Origin: Diadema antillarum
Taxonomy: Eukaryota
Direction of reading: 5' to 3'
NCBI RefSeq assembly: GCF_040938485.1
Contig: NW_027271462.1
Coordinates: 1,922,001 to 1,986,000, forward strand
Length of the DNA stretch: 64,000 nucleotides
Under the pieces are notes generated by a model. The model searched no databases. It had not been told where the DNA came from and saw only the letters and a program-made list of their open reading frames with translations. Below are positions 27,301 to 41,800 of the stretch, one piece after another (within the stretch, counting starts at the first letter, position 1; each line of letters starts with the position of its first letter). The position numbers were made by a program, and so were the translations under genes.

Positions 27301-28283
27301 GATTACGTGGATCAAATTCCAGCTCAAACTACCTGGTGTTGAAGCAAGAAATCGTGACCTGATTTTTCTTTGTTCCCTCTCCAAGTGCCTGTTGAAAGTG
27401 CTAGATACCCTGTGATGAAACTGTCTACTTTGTCACCATACATTTCAATCAATGCTCAAGCCTTCACATTAAGTTACACAATGCACATACTGTATATCTT
27501 TGCTGAGACTTCTCGCCCACCTATCTCATCAAATGAAATTGACAGATTCTATCATTGAAGGTATGCAGTTGACAGATGCCATAACCCTTACAATACATAT
27601 GTATATCAGAGAGGAGTGATAAAACTGTGCCCAATGCTTCAAATGAAATGTAAACTGTTGCAATGTTGAACTCTTTGTGATTTCCAATGTTTTGCTTCTG
27701 GACTGCACAAAGCAATGGTATTTAAAGTGCTGAAAGGAATTGTAATTGTAAGAATGTACAGATCTCTTTTCATCTTGTCTTCCATGTCTTATTAAAAAAA
27801 AAAAATGAAAACAAAACACCGCTAGCAGGCAAAAATAGGGAAGGGGAAGAAAAACACCCAGGAACTACATGTGCCTGCTTCTTTTTCTCAAGCTTTCTCC
27901 GCAGCATTTCATTTTTGTTGAATTTTAGGGGTTTAGTGTTCTGGAATGAGATTAAAACATTGCATGCTTGAGCTTGATTTTTGACAGCACCCAAAAAAAA
28001 AAAAAAAAGCATTGCATAGATGATAGCATTTCATGAGCATGCAAATGCACTGCAGCTTAAAATGATGAAGTGCCAACAAGATAGAATAAGACTAGTAAAA
28101 CCTTCAGTAGATTTGTTGCTCAGAGAAGATGCACTGTGGTACACTCAGTAAGGAGAGTGGTTGGACATTTTGTGTCATTGCTCAATAGTAGCCACAAACT
28201 CCTGTGGTATATACTGTCTCATACAAAGGCTGTGCATTGTATACGTTTTATTAATTTTCATTTTTATTTTTCCCTCGTGGAAA

Positions 28284-29833
28284 TCAGTGAGATACTTCTC
28301 CTCTGAGGATCCTGACGAGAAGAGGTAGTGATGGCCGTAGATGCTCCATTTTTTGCTCGTAGCAGATGTCCTGAAATACCACTGATGCTACATTGTTCAA
28401 AATGAAAAATGCAGAATTTAAGCATACTGAGAATAAAATCTCTTTTGCATTGACATCAAAATGGAACTGATTGATTTGTTGTTGTCATTGTTGTTTTTTC
28501 AATTTGTCTCTGTCTTTGTGTCAAATCTTTTTCAGACAAAAAAAAAATGGTCGTAAGCACAAATATCTTGGGTAGAATTTTGTGGGAATGTTAGCTGTGA
28601 AACAAAGAAATGATAATGTGCAATGGACAAAACTGCATAGATGAAGGGATGTGTACTACGTGAGTACTGTTATTGTAAGCAATTACATGAACGCCTATGG
28701 TATATCAACCACTCAAAACTTCCAAAAGCATCATGTCAATTATTCGATAGTTATGCTTCTTTAAAGAGGTTTGCCAGCCTGCAGTAGGCTTCTTTTTTTT
28801 TGTGGGGGGGGGGGGGATGTTTAATAGGCAATTTACTCAATCTGATAATTCAATGTTACATGTGTTAGCTGCTCACACTGGAAAATGCAAATGGAGATTC
28901 TCCATGCGGTGGCAACGTCATATCTGAACAAATAAAAGTTAATCATTGCAGTTGAAGTTACATAGGGTTTGTGTTGCACGTGAGATGTGGCTTTGTATAT
29001 TAGAGTACCATATGTGAGCGTCAGTGTGTGTTAGCTAGGGGTGGCATAGAAATTTGTGTATGTTGTCAAGTATGGATGTAATGCAGCATCAGTATGAAGG
29101 CCCATGTTCAAAGGTATGGGAGCATATTAATTATGCTTTTATGGTTGTATATGCATTTGTTTGCAATGTATGCATTGTGTTCTATCTAAGAGTTTGTGTA
29201 TCAATACATTTCTGGATGTTTGTTTGCAATGTATGTATCATGTTCTACCCTATTCAACCAGTTTGTGTACGGTACCGGTACATTTCTTGATTCTAGTTTT
29301 GAAAGTCTCTGCTGTCAAATGGATTTTGCATATTAGTAAAAAATACAATTTTTACGCTAGTTTGTCATCATACATATACAGTGTATATCTGCACTTTCAA
29401 TCATCATGATGTAATTGTCAAGAACTCACTCTGATACAAACTGTACATTTTTTTTTCCATCCTATAGTTTCCGCATATAGTGGTCACAAGGGATTCCTTT
29501 TAAACTTAAAATCAGTTCTTGAGACAACATGAGATTTATACAATCAATTCTGCACATAGGATTCCTGACTTCTTCTTTTTTTAATTCTCTGCCTCAACAC
29601 ATCCGGGGGGGGGGGAGGGAGGGGGAGGGGATACAGCGTAAACCATGTACAATGTAAATCTACAGTACCGGTACTGAGTACCCGGTACATGTAGTACCAG
29701 TAAGTTATGTACTCAGTCTCAATGGGTCATGCATCCTTATTGACTTACTACGGATACCGTAGAATGTTGCAACTGAAATTAGCAGCCGCAAATTGATATC
29801 TTCAGCAAAGAGAGTACGATCAGCTACGAGCAT
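28284..29833 (-). CDS. Candidate three-exon small gene, 72-aa ORF (43 aa if it starts at the exon-2 ATG), unknown product
   Basis: Exons 29833-29749 (donor GTAAGT), 28923-28877 (acceptor ATTAACTTTTATTTGTTCAG, donor GTGAGC) and 28370-28284 (acceptor TTTCAG, TGA) join in one frame. AATAAA lies at 28268-28263 and 28252-28247. Confidence 0.55.
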
Positions 29834-29901
29834 GTGAAGCTGAGGCTAGGCGCTAGCTCTGCATGAGCGATTCTCTTTAGATCTTCGGGTCATATCGAAA
29901 C
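29760..29901. promoter_or_regulatory. Probable bidirectional promoter between IMMP2L and the candidate small gene
   Basis: CpG-containing stretch between divergent first exons; strong donors on both strands (30025 plus, 29748 minus). Confidence 0.45.
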
Positions 29902-32900
29902 ATGAGCGCTGGTCGAAAAGCCTTTAAAATATTCACCGGTGGATTTGCATTCGGTGTTGTTGGGTCTCTCACATTCTTTGATAATGTAGGATATTTTGCA
30001 ACAGTCTCAGGCAAGTCAATGCAGGTACGTACAAATCGGACATCTAACTATTTACTCACTCAACATGAACATTCTATGCCTTGAGCGGGCTCCTCCTCCT
30101 TGCTTTGCTACGCCAGTACGCTAGGCCGTCCGCCTCCCCACCGGCTGACCGCTCAGTGACTGGCGGTGGCGGGGTTAGACGCTAATCCGCTACTAATCCT
30201 AATTTTAGTAATGTAACCAAAGTCTTACGTTTGCGTGCATGGTCTCCGATATGGTGAAGAGCTGAAAAAAAAAGAAAATAAAAGTTGCCAGTTGTGTTCA
30301 TTCGGTGTAACAACTCTGTGTGCAGTGGTTCTTCGACTAACGTTAGAATTAAGAAAATAGGAAGTTTGTGGAAGTTTTAGAAATCTTCCTTTGCCACTTT
30401 TAGTCTTTATACCCATATGGATACGCAATTTACACACTAAACGTTCGTTACAACTAAATTTACAACTTACAAGAAAAGCTGAGCTTTACTAGGCTCTAAC
30501 CCGTTACGTGCCGTTAGAAATAAACTTCAGACCAATCTAGCATCTACAGGCCCTATAATTAGAAAGCCTACGTCTAGAAAATCAATGAGTACGAAACAGG
30601 TTTTTTAGAAACTTTCTCCTTTCTAAATTCTAGCCATCTAGGGCCTATAACGTACTTCGATAAAAGCTAAAGCCCTGCCTTATTTTTTTTCTTAAGTCTA
30701 GCTACAAACCAAAAGTGTTATTGTTAACAAAATGAAGATGTGACTATTTTGTGAGACAATTGAAAGTCAAATTATTTTGCCTTATATTCATCATCCTTTG
30801 ATTGAAAATTGTTGTTTTACAAATTTTAATGCACTGTCTTCTATTAATCACAGCTACCTGTGTTTCTGTTAAGAGTGTTATGTTTTCTTTTCTTTTAAAC
30901 TGCAGCCAATCTTCAATCCGGAATTTTCCAGGCAGAGAGACATCCTGTTTTTGAGTCGCTGGGCTGTGAGAGATTACGACATCCATCGTGGAGATGTTGT
31001 TTCTGTTATGTAAGTCTACGCTATCAACAATCAGAGATCTATCTTATACGACATTCAGAATTACATAAATGTCATGTTGTTGAATTCTTGTGTCTGCCTT
31101 TTTTTTTATTGCAAGTGATTGACAAAGTGCCCTTTGATTTAAATTAAGCACCCGTTATTCAGTGTTTTAGTGGTAACTAAGATAAAAATTCATGGGCATA
31201 CTACATATCGTATTCAAGCTGAACTGGGAGCCAACATTCACCTGATTTCTTGACAGGAGTCTTATCCACCATACTACTACCATGCAAGATAACAATGATC
31301 AGATAATAATGTAATTGTTGATAACATTTATTATCATTATTTTCATCATTGTTTATTAATATCATTATTTCATCATCAGAACTGTTATCATTCTTGTTTA
31401 TAAATTATCATTATAATCATAATTTGATTCTACATTGTATGTGCCAAGAATTTATCGATTACTTTTAGCTTACCTGTTGTACAGCAAAGGGGTTTTGTCT
31501 GGTTTTTTTTTCTTTTCTTTTCTTCTTAGATTGTACGGTACATTTCTTAGATGAAATCCTAGCATGAATTTACTTCACTTGGTCATGCTTTGTCCTATCA
31601 TACTGCAGTGATTTTTATTTGAATAAGGATTGTTTCCATTGTCACAAAAGTTATTCCTCTGAGGACTGATGTTTTCATCAGTGCCTTGCATCATATTCTA
31701 CCCTAGTGTGCACACTAGGCAACCTTTGATTTGAAATTGTATTTGTAAAACATCTTTTTGTGTTTTACTTTACAGATCACCGCACCATCCTAGGGAAGTG
31801 CTTATCAAAAGAGTGATTGCATTAGAGGGAGACACAATAAGGTAATCTTATTCATATTGCAATGTTTTTTCATTGGTTTTTGCTCTTTCATGTTTTACCA
31901 TAAATATGTAGCTCTGAATGATTATGAAAATTAATATTTCTACAATTCCTATCACTTTGTGCTGGGATGATGTCATTCTCTTAAAGATATTCTCATGTTT
32001 GTATGTTTTTGTATAGTACTTTGAATTTGCATTCATAGGAAGTAGGTAAGTCAATTTAAATATTTAAAAATGGATAAACCTAGAAAGCATGTCTACAAGT
32101 TTTATCAGCTTTACCACTTTCTTTACATTTTTCTGTTGTCTTTCCAATATTTTATACTGTCTCTGTTACAGAACACTCGGATATAAGAACCGGTATGTGG
32201 TCATTCCTGAAGGTCACTGTTGGTTAGAGGGTGACCACCATGGAGTTAGTCTGGATAGCAACTACTTTGGACCAGTGAGTAAAGTGTGCAATGTGCAGGC
32301 AATGTGTCCACTTCACATAAAGATGCCTTAGTTGCCACGTTTTGTGTACTCATGTGAAGACGGTAGAGATTGGTTGAGGGATAGATAGTGCATACATGTA
32401 GCATGAAACTCGTGATTGTGTGACTCGCAATGTTCATGACCCCTATGTTGTATACATAAATTCATGCTTTTTCCCATTAATCCAATAATAGAATTCCCAG
32501 AAACCATATTTCTGTGGTTCCTGAGTCATTGACTCATATTTTTAATTGATTTTTCCTATTCATTGCTAGTGTTTCATTAATAAAATGTCGAGTTAGAATT
32601 CTCCTTCATATGATGTCTTTGTCATTCATAATACAATGTATGTAATTGTTCACTTTGGTTGCAGAATTTACAAAAGCCTCTAACTTGCCAGACTAAACTG
32701 ATTCTTGATTTGGCAATGTTTTAACATATTTAAGAAGATGTGTTTAGAAGATTTTAAGTTCCTGGTTTCATTTCAATTTGGCAGCTTTTGTACAATTTCT
32801 TCTTGATTTTTCTTTTTGCCTATTTTATGGCTTTGTCAAATTACTGTTAATCCCTCTCCAATTTAAGAAATGCAGTACGAAATTTAGAGCTAGCAATTTA

Positions 32901-33293
32901 ACAAACTGATGATGTCATTGAGGTTGCATCATAGAAGTATTTCTGTCAGCTGTTTCATGTGAGTTGTTCTTCCCAGTAGAATAGACGTCCATGGAAAGGA
33001 TTTTCTCTCTTACACTCATTATACACTGCACAGTTTGTATGTTCGTGTTTATCATTGCTTTTGTCCTGTTCACTGTATGACAGATTGCTCTGGGTCTAGT
33101 CCATGCAAAGGCCAGCCACATCGTTTGGCCTCCACAACGATATCAGAAGGTGAAGAGCTGTCAGCTTGATGACCGCAAGCCACTGACCGGAGTCCATCTG
33201 TCGGAGGCCATGGCGGAACTTTACTTCGGCAGTGACGAATCCCTTGATAGCCAGTTTGAGGGTGGCATTGAACTGTTTGAAGACGACAGGTAG
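29902..33293 (+). CDS. IMMP2L: Mitochondrial inner membrane peptidase subunit 2 (peptidase S26), 201 aa
   Basis: Exons 29902-30024, 30906-31009, 31776-31841, 32172-32274, 33084-33293 total 606 nt in frame. Catalytic Ser (GKSMQP) and Lys ([11 protein letters not shown]), plus [17 protein letters not shown] and HIVWPP motifs. Confidence 0.95.
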
Positions 33294-34343
33294 CACAGGC
33301 TTTCTGTGTACGCCGCCAGCAGTGTGCAAGAAAAGTGAATTGACTCTGCTTCTCCTGTGCAATATGTGGGACTACACATCCAGTTACCTCATGCACTACC
33401 ATGTGAGGTAGCTTGAGCAAACTTTTTGCTATACAGTGTTTGAGTGAAGTAAGAGCTTCCGTGGAAAACACAATACTCAAACATGAAGAGATTGTTTGAT
33501 GTCCAATACAAAATCAGATTGTCGTATGCAGCACAAAATAGCCACAAATAATCTATTACAGCTGAGCTTTGCTAGGTCATGAATGCCGTCCTTGCTTTAG
33601 GCTGTTTTGTTAGTTGAGATGGACTCTTGTGAATGGTGTAATCTAACATGTAGAGGTGAAAAGTTTAGTGTAAAAATTGGACATGGATTTGAAGAGAAAG
33701 TGAGAAGTTAAAGCATTGAATGCAGGTCCAGAGAAATTTTTTAAGTACTCGGTTATTACCTGTTTAGAGAAGAAATTACCTTTCTGAATGTATAACAGAT
33801 TTTATCCATCTCTGCTTTGAATTGTTAAAACAGACTAGTGAAAGATATCTCATACAGAGTGAGCCAGAGTATCGACAGTGCTTATACTGTGTTATACTGG
33901 AGGTTAGTATTGACAGTGCTTATACTGAGTTATACTGGAGGTTTCACCACGAGATTCTGAACTTTTCATGTAAAGTTGCGTAGAGTAAATATATGTATAC
34001 TTCAGCCAATTCAGTCAGCGCTAGGCCAAATATGTCTTGAATGTCCGCACACACTTTATCAAGAGACCCATTTAAGTGTGCATGCTCCATACCGGTATTA
34101 TCCTTCTGTGTTAACAATTCAGTGAAATGGTACAGTACATGTATGTATGGTAGATTGTGAACATGAATCATTTCAGCTTTTAGCAGGTGATCGTGTACAT
34201 CATTCCTTGTGCTGGCTGATAACTAAAGAGCCATAAACTTTTACTGAGCTCAGGTTTGTTCAAATCAACAGGAAGAAAACACTGTTCTTGAAAATGCCAT
34301 TGCAGAGATCCCCTCCTGTTCATTCTTTGTGGGCAGTCTTTAA

Positions 34344-34802
34344 AGGGACATTCTAGACGATTTTCATAATTTCACATAATGTAGTACATAAATCGACAAC
34401 TGCATGTATAGATTTGTGGAATTTATTGTGGTTCTTGAACAGAGAAACAATACTTTGAAAAACCTTTAAAAAATTACACTGAATAATGTTGATGACATAG
34501 GAGGTTCACATATTTCAGAAATGTAGCAGTGTAATTCCATTACAATACCGCTTGCTTGCGAGTTCACCTGTGTATAATCAATGCATGCCTTCTTCTTTTG
34601 TTCTGCTTCCTTGAGCCCCAACTCATGCATTCTTATGGTGACTCTGCCAAGTCATCATCCTTGTTCATTGCAATCTGTTCTAAATTTTGAAAATATTCTT
34701 ATTCTTCATCCCAATTATCACAAATTCTGAAACTCTGTCCTCAGTATAACTAATTTATAGTTGTTCAAATGTAGAAATCTGAAAATCATCTGGAGGTCTC
34801 CT
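34344..34802. mobile_element. Kolobok-like MITE
   Basis: TTAA-AGGGACATTCTAGACGATTTTC ... GAAAATCATCTGGAGGTCTCCT-TTAA. A related end lies at about 48530-48607. Confidence 0.7.
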
Positions 34803-35321
34803 TTAATGTTGTTATAGAAGTAGATCATTGTCTCAAGGTGTTACTCAGAGTAAAATAGATAATAGAGCCCCACTGTGTACACCCCTGATTTGTGAGGACC
34901 CGCTGCAATACAATTTGTGTGCAGGAATTTCTGTGATCCCAATATTTTGTCACGGTCCCCTGTATCTTCAGTTGTATTCTCAGTTTTTGTTACCGTGATA
35001 TATTGCGACGTTGCAGTACCTTGTGAATAAATCAACAAAGTAAATTGTATGGAAATCAGTGTATATGTTTTTGCTCTTAGGATGTACCTAATTCAACTCT
35101 GGCTCAGAAATATTGATTTTATTTTTTCTCTCTCTCTCTCCAAAAGAAGCCATTTAAAAACAGAAACAAACTACATGTAAAGGTATATTTGTATTGCCTA
35201 TTAAAGTTGTACATGTACATGTATTTCACATAAGTCTGCTGGAATCGCCAATTACTGAGCACTCTCGAAGGACAACATTGAACAGGATACAGCTCACATA
35301 TGTAGGTGTATACATGTAGTA

Positions 35322-36033
35322 CAGTGTGTCTCTAAAAAAAGTAAACCCAACTTCAACAGCAAATTTTCAGGTTTGCAGAAAACTATAAAATATTTGCACA
35401 TTATTTTTTCATGGTTAGATAGTCCAATAAGTTCTCTATCCAATGATACCACGTAGGTTATGTAATTCTCATGCATGACTGAGCATGATTCAACTTGGTG
35501 AATGGGTGTGAAATCATCACTGTGGCAAGTTATTTCTTGCTATTGTCATGCATTCAGGGCATATTTGAAGTTAAATTTTTGTCACATGTTAGGCCTATGA
35601 TTACATAACAACTTCAGCAAAGGTTGTTCCTGACACATTCACATTTCACATGCTTTCCAAACATGGTACCAAGGTACAGTTGACAATTGAGCAGAGAGTA
35701 TTCTTGGTAACTCGATACCAGGAAACAAGAAGTTTCGTGGAAGTTCAAGAGGCTTTACGGGTGCAGTTCCCCCGACAGGCAGCCTCCAACAAAAAGAGCC
35801 ATCTGGTACAATGTGAGAAAGTATGCTGATCATGGAACTTGCCACAGTGATGATTTCACACCCATTCACTAAGTTGAATCATGCTCAGTCATGCATGAGA
35901 GTTACATAACCTACGTGGTATCATTGGACAGGACTTATTGGACTATCTAACCATGAAAAAATGTGTAAATATTTCATAGTTTTCTGAAAATTTGCCGTTG
36001 AAGTTGGGTTTACTTTTTTTTAGAGACACACTG
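35322..36033. mobile_element. 712-bp Tc1/mariner-like MITE with ~200-bp TIRs
   Basis: TA-CAGTGTGTCTCTAAAAAAAGTAAACCCAACTTCAAC... is inverted at 35838-36033 and followed by TA. Confidence 0.85.
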
Positions 36034-38172
36034 TACATATGTACTACAATTAGCTTCTCAGGAGTGAACTTCTGTTTTCTGTTTTATTGTTCGTTCTTTC
36101 TTCTTCTTCTTTTCCGTGTTTGCACAGAAGTACCCTTGTGAAGTATGGTGAAATCAAAACTCAAGATTTTCACAAAACTTGCTGTTCAGAAATTTCACTT
36201 TTTGCCTCCTATTCATGCCAACTTTAACATGGCATTGAGTTTCCCCTTAAGATTCTAACACCAAACAATTCAAAGACAATCAAAACACCAAAAATAAATA
36301 ATCCAAAGAAAATCCTAACATACAGACACAGACCCATGCTCACAGATGCCTGAAGACAATCCAAACACCAAAAAGAACAACTGCAAGACAATGAAGTCAT
36401 GTGTTCATACACACAATGTTTATTCAAGATTGCACGAACACTGGCATTTCTCTTTTTTTAAATACATTTTGTCTCGTGTCCAAGAATGCAGCCACCACTC
36501 CATTATGCTTCTCAAAAACGGGATACAGAGATTTATAACAAGCCATGCATACTTTATTTTTTGTAGTCAAAATTGACGCCTTTTGTATAAACCATGTCTT
36601 TGAATACATGTATTAATATGTGGTACATGTATGACTACATAAGCAGCTCTTTCTCTCTCTCAGATGCAATTTGACCAATACCAACCTGGTTTTGTAGTTG
36701 GTGGAATTACACTGTATCTTGTCCATGATACTTGGACAATGTATTTGAAACACACTGACCTAAATTGGATCATAACTTCAGATTCAGGTACAAATATTTA
36801 TTAACTTGTCCATAATCAACAGGTATGTCATAATGAATTTGAATTAATGAATTAATTGTTTATGTCTTGTAGAATGATGCAATATGTGTATTGAAGTGGT
36901 TACCTCTTGAACATCACCAGCAGCAAAATATATTTAGCTTACAGTAAATCCTAGTGTGTGCTAACACTTGTCAATTGTGCACCAGAAGGGCCGAAACACA
37001 GTAAGAGAATACACATGTATACAATGCCCTTGTCCTTCTCAACTGACTGATCACATACACTTGTCCTCAACAAGATTAGCAGAAAAAAATAAACTTCATT
37101 TTAACAGTTTAAGCCATATTCTGTCAAATAGTGTTATGTGAACAGACATTTACCAGGATGTAGTTTAAAATTTATCACAAAATGCCTCTAAGAGATTAAA
37201 GAAACTTGTCATTTTAACCAACTTCAGATTAGACATATAATGCCTAATCGTCGGTACAGTTGGTCCCATTCATACTGCTAAGGAGACAACCCAACACCTC
37301 ACTTCAGTGGTTACAGAACTGAAAATTTGGATGTTCCTCTTGTTTTTCAGAGTTTTAACATTATCAGCAGGGATGAGCAGTAACTGAATACAATAAGAAA
37401 ACACCCTGAATAAAAGCAGCTGGATTCCAGTGACATCCGACGCCCACAATACAGCGCAAGCACACCTTCAACCTTGGCACACGGGTCAAAATCAGTTGTT
37501 AACCGAAGTCCTGAAACATAATCTCTGTATTTATCTAACTTACTGCATAGCTCATACGAGATTGCTCTTGTCATTGCGTCTGCATGCTGGAGCATTTATT
37601 ACTGCTCTGCAGTGATATCAGTACACTGTAGTATACAGTGTATTTCCCTTGTGAGTACACTGTAGCTGAGATGTCTTACTGATACTGTCAAATCTCTGGC
37701 ATAATGGCCCTTGGATTTCTGCTGAAAAACTTTCAATTTCATGTGTACATTTGTGGGTGGGACAAAAGCATGGCTGATTTGAAATAATTCCTATTTCTAC
37801 ACTCCCAGTTCACTCTATAAATGACGGATTGACATAATGATGCACAAAATTTATGGTAAATATTGATCAGCTTGCCTAAGAATGATGTTAGTCAATATTT
37901 TCTTAGTTTTCGTTTGCCCCCCCAAAAGAAATTAACAAATGAATACTGCACACTTACAAAAGCATGCGGAAGAGTTAAATGCTAAAGTTTTGATATGCAG
38001 GCCAGCTTGTCTCGAGTAGACAGTTTTACTGTCAAATTGCAGGTATGCAATATTTGACTCTCACTGTTTAAAATGACAGATGCATGTCATGAGAGAAGCC
38101 GGGAAAAAAAAAAATCTTAAATTATTTACAGTCGTAGACAGCTTTGAAGTTGAAAAATAGAGCTTTTCTTCG

Positions 38173-38857
38173 CTATGATGCACTCTCAACACTCCTCTTC
38201 AGTAAGACATTCTGTGGAAATGAAAACGGAAAACAAAGAGTAATGCAATGGCAGCTGGAAATGAGTCAAATCATGCAGCACATTGTGATTAGAAGCTACC
38301 TATGAAAACCTTGTTGCAGAATGAACACATTCCTTGATTGCATGGGTTCACCTAGTTATGGATCACAAAGAAAATAGGGCCATAAATTAACAGCCTTTCA
38401 GAAATTCCTAATTACTGGTTATTCTTCAAATTTGCATGATAGGAGGAAAATAAAACTCCTAGTGTGACATATCCCATTGTGCATGGAGACTTGAAAAAGC
38501 ATAATACAATCTGTAATGTATGTATGCAGTTAAAAGTGATAATTTTACAATCACATAAAGCTCCTACTGGAAAAAGATTTTATTTTCATGTGTTCACCAC
38601 TTCAAATCATATTATGCAAACCAACTTTTGTCACAGCGTTGTAAGCTAAACAATGAGCTGTGAAAGATTGTGTATTTTGTGCTGAAAAATTGCCACCATC
38701 AAGGCTCATAACATAACCACACTTTCAAAGTGTATGTACATTCAGTTTCAGTCTTTACATTTTAACAAACAACATTCTGAAGCAGCGGCTATAGTTGAAC
38801 AACAGTGGTTGTTAAAATAACATTCTAATACACATTATATGGCACACGTCAGTTTTT

Positions 38858-38895
<38 letters not shown>

Positions 38896-41800
38896 CACTG
38901 CTTAGAGTCATGTTTAGAAGTAAAGGGAATCATTTTATTGATTGTAACAGGATAATACAAATACAAACTCAATGATGTAATCTTTAGAGCTACTGAATTG
39001 TAGTTGGCACTACAGACATGAGGTCAGTGAGAATTTTAAGCAACAGGTTATTGGCACAACATTTTAGACCTGCGTTTAAGCACATGAAGACTGCATTTAA
39101 AAATGAGGCCTTCATCTGCAGGCTGAAGTGTTGACTGACACGATGCTCTACGCTTACCATTCTTGCCTGCTCTACACATGTGTTGAAGGCCTTGACTTCT
39201 TGAGCACAGTTCAGAGTCTGTTTTGGGTTGTCAGCGTAGCACTTGGCCACTTCATTCTGCAGGTTCTCACAGATGGGAACATACCGCTGTTTCCTGGAGA
39301 CAACAACCAGGGCCAGAAATACACAGAATATGTCACTGGGCAAGATAATGAATTTAATTGAAACTTGATATACTTAAGTCTTAAGTCACTAGATGTGGAT
39401 GGTTCATCCCAGTCCTTATCTTTTGGCCTGAAGTCTTTAATATTATTTTAAATCATGCTACGTTTGATATATGATCAGCTTTGAGTTGCCAATTATGACT
39501 TGCTGGATCACCATGTGACATTCAACTGGACTGAAGCAAGTCTTGAAGAACTTTCACAAGACAAGTTAGGCATTTGCAGGCAACAATGACATGTCACACT
39601 GCAGTGACTCCCCCCAAGGTGTGTGATTACCATACTCACAGAAATTTGGCTTCCACTTCGTCAGCGGCCTTCTGGAACTGATCAGCAGTCAATTTGTAGA
39701 AAGCAGCACTCTGAAACAGCAGACAACATGATGAAAACATCATCACTGAACAGATATACACCTACAACTGAAACCCAAAGCAGTCAGCAGACAAAATCTA
39801 CACACTCTTAAATGCAATTCAAACACTAGCTGCAACTCCATGTCTGGCTCTCACCCTGTGTTAGGAAAATGAGGTCCAGCCAAACATTCATTGGTAGGAC
39901 TGTCCATTTGTTTTTTTCCTGCTTCACTTCTTGCTCTTACTGCTCGTCCTAATACAATAAATTATTAGTGCATTTCTGTAAATACCCAGCATAAAATGGT
40001 GAAATATATGTACTGGAGGCCTGCATACCTAGTGACAAAATCTGAATTCTGAACAACTGGCAAGACTAACAATGAAAAGAATGACTTAAGGTGTGTTTAA
40101 CGCACCTTGTTATAACTACCAAAAGAATAAAAAATAAAAAAATTCAGTCAGAAAGACATTTCTTCACTTTCACTCTGTTGTGATCAGTTTTGTATCATCA
40201 TTTGATACACTTATGTACTAATGTAATTTGAATGATTTTGTTAATTTCTAATTTCAAATTTTCACACGTTTCCCTGTATCCAAGAACATATGTGTATACA
40301 ATAAAGTTATCAATATCTATGACCTACCTTTATGTTGTATCATGCAGTTTCTTCCTCGCCCCTTTTCAAGGTACCAAAATGAGTTGAGATATTCAGTTTG
40401 TTGCAATGAGCTATTGAGCTGTTCATTGTAAGTCAAATGCTATGAGTACACAAAACATTCTTAGAGAACATAGACACACACACATGATTTGTACAGATGT
40501 AGTACTGACGTGACCCTACCTTCTCTTCCGCATGTCGTAGCTTCTCTCTGTAGTGGTCCTCTAGTTCATCCATTCGAGCCTTCCATCTTTGTTCTACATG
40601 CTGCCAGAAAAACAGAGAGATAGAGCCAGAGGTAGAGACAGAAAGAGAGGAAAAAAATAACCATCACAAAGTCCTTACAAACTTGGTGCTCAACTCAACA
40701 AGCATTATCTCTAATCGATCAACAGTATGTCACAGTCAACTAAAACAGTGTTACTCCTGTGCAGCCAATTGGGGTGCATTCACTTTTCATACAATGTTAC
40801 AATATTACACAATTTTGTACGTACAGTCAAACTCGGATACCTCGACGTCGGATAAGCCGAATATCACTTACCTCGGGGGCAAAATGAAAGTCCCAATTGT
40901 TCCTATGGAGTTTCCGTGTATTAAAATTCGCGTAGCTCGAAAAAGATAACTCGAAGTTCGGTTACCTCGAAGGGAAATCTAATGTCCCGATCTTAATTAA
41001 CTTATTGTTTTTCCCAGCATGTTGCTCGAATCGAAATTGTAAACATCACTCAGCATCTCCGATTAAGCGCGCGTGGACAGCGAAGACATGTCACAAATGT
41101 TTTCACACTCGATTGTAAATATTCTGAGACCAGAACAATCGCGCGCCCAAGAAGAAATACCCGATACACAGCTGACAAGGAAAATCCCCAACACCTACCA
41201 ACACACGTACATGGTATGCACATAGCACCCGTGCCAATGGAGTGCTTTACGATAGCACTTCGCGCTGCCCCATCATTTGCTTTTCTTTAACCACTGTGTT
41301 TTGATTTTTGATCGAGACAGTCATACCGTGCGCGTAGATTTCTCAACCGTCGGGGCGCACCTGCTTACGTTGACAGTTATATCTTTGCCATTAATCACGC
41401 TCCACTGTCAAAACATCAATCTCCCTCGTAGTGCCTTTTTTTAAACTATTTTTTATTTTTTTTTTGCCTTTCACGAAGTTTACTTCCCCGAGAACGCAAG
41501 CACTGAAACTTTTTTTCCCCCAGCAATGCGATTATGAAAATCTGGAAGTGTAGGCCGATCACAATGAAGAATAGAATTCACAGGGCTCCGCACTAAGTTT
41601 TATCGGGCCACCAATATCATTGATTTTTATTTTCTGGTGGTCGAAAGTAAAATCTAGTGACAAAAAAAAAATCAGGAAAAACATTGGAAAAACTAAATCG
41701 GTCCTACTAAACATAGACAAATTAATATTAAACATTATTGAAGTGATACAGATGTCCATGTCTAAAACAAATGAATAGAAAATCCAATCATCTTACTCTG

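Noticed and set aside
27100-27360. Splice-site-like sequences suggesting an extra exon
   Set aside because: No open frame on either strand connects it to neighbouring genes.
28371-29748. Candidate small gene as a snoRNA host
   Set aside because: No convincing box C/D pair with a terminal stem seen in either intron; H/ACA RNAs cannot be excluded by eye.
37560-37620. Alternative CHCHD3 last exon (SSNKCSSMQTQ*)
   Set aside because: Weak pyrimidine tract; the acceptor at 38212 is stronger and nearer. Not excluded as a minor isoform.
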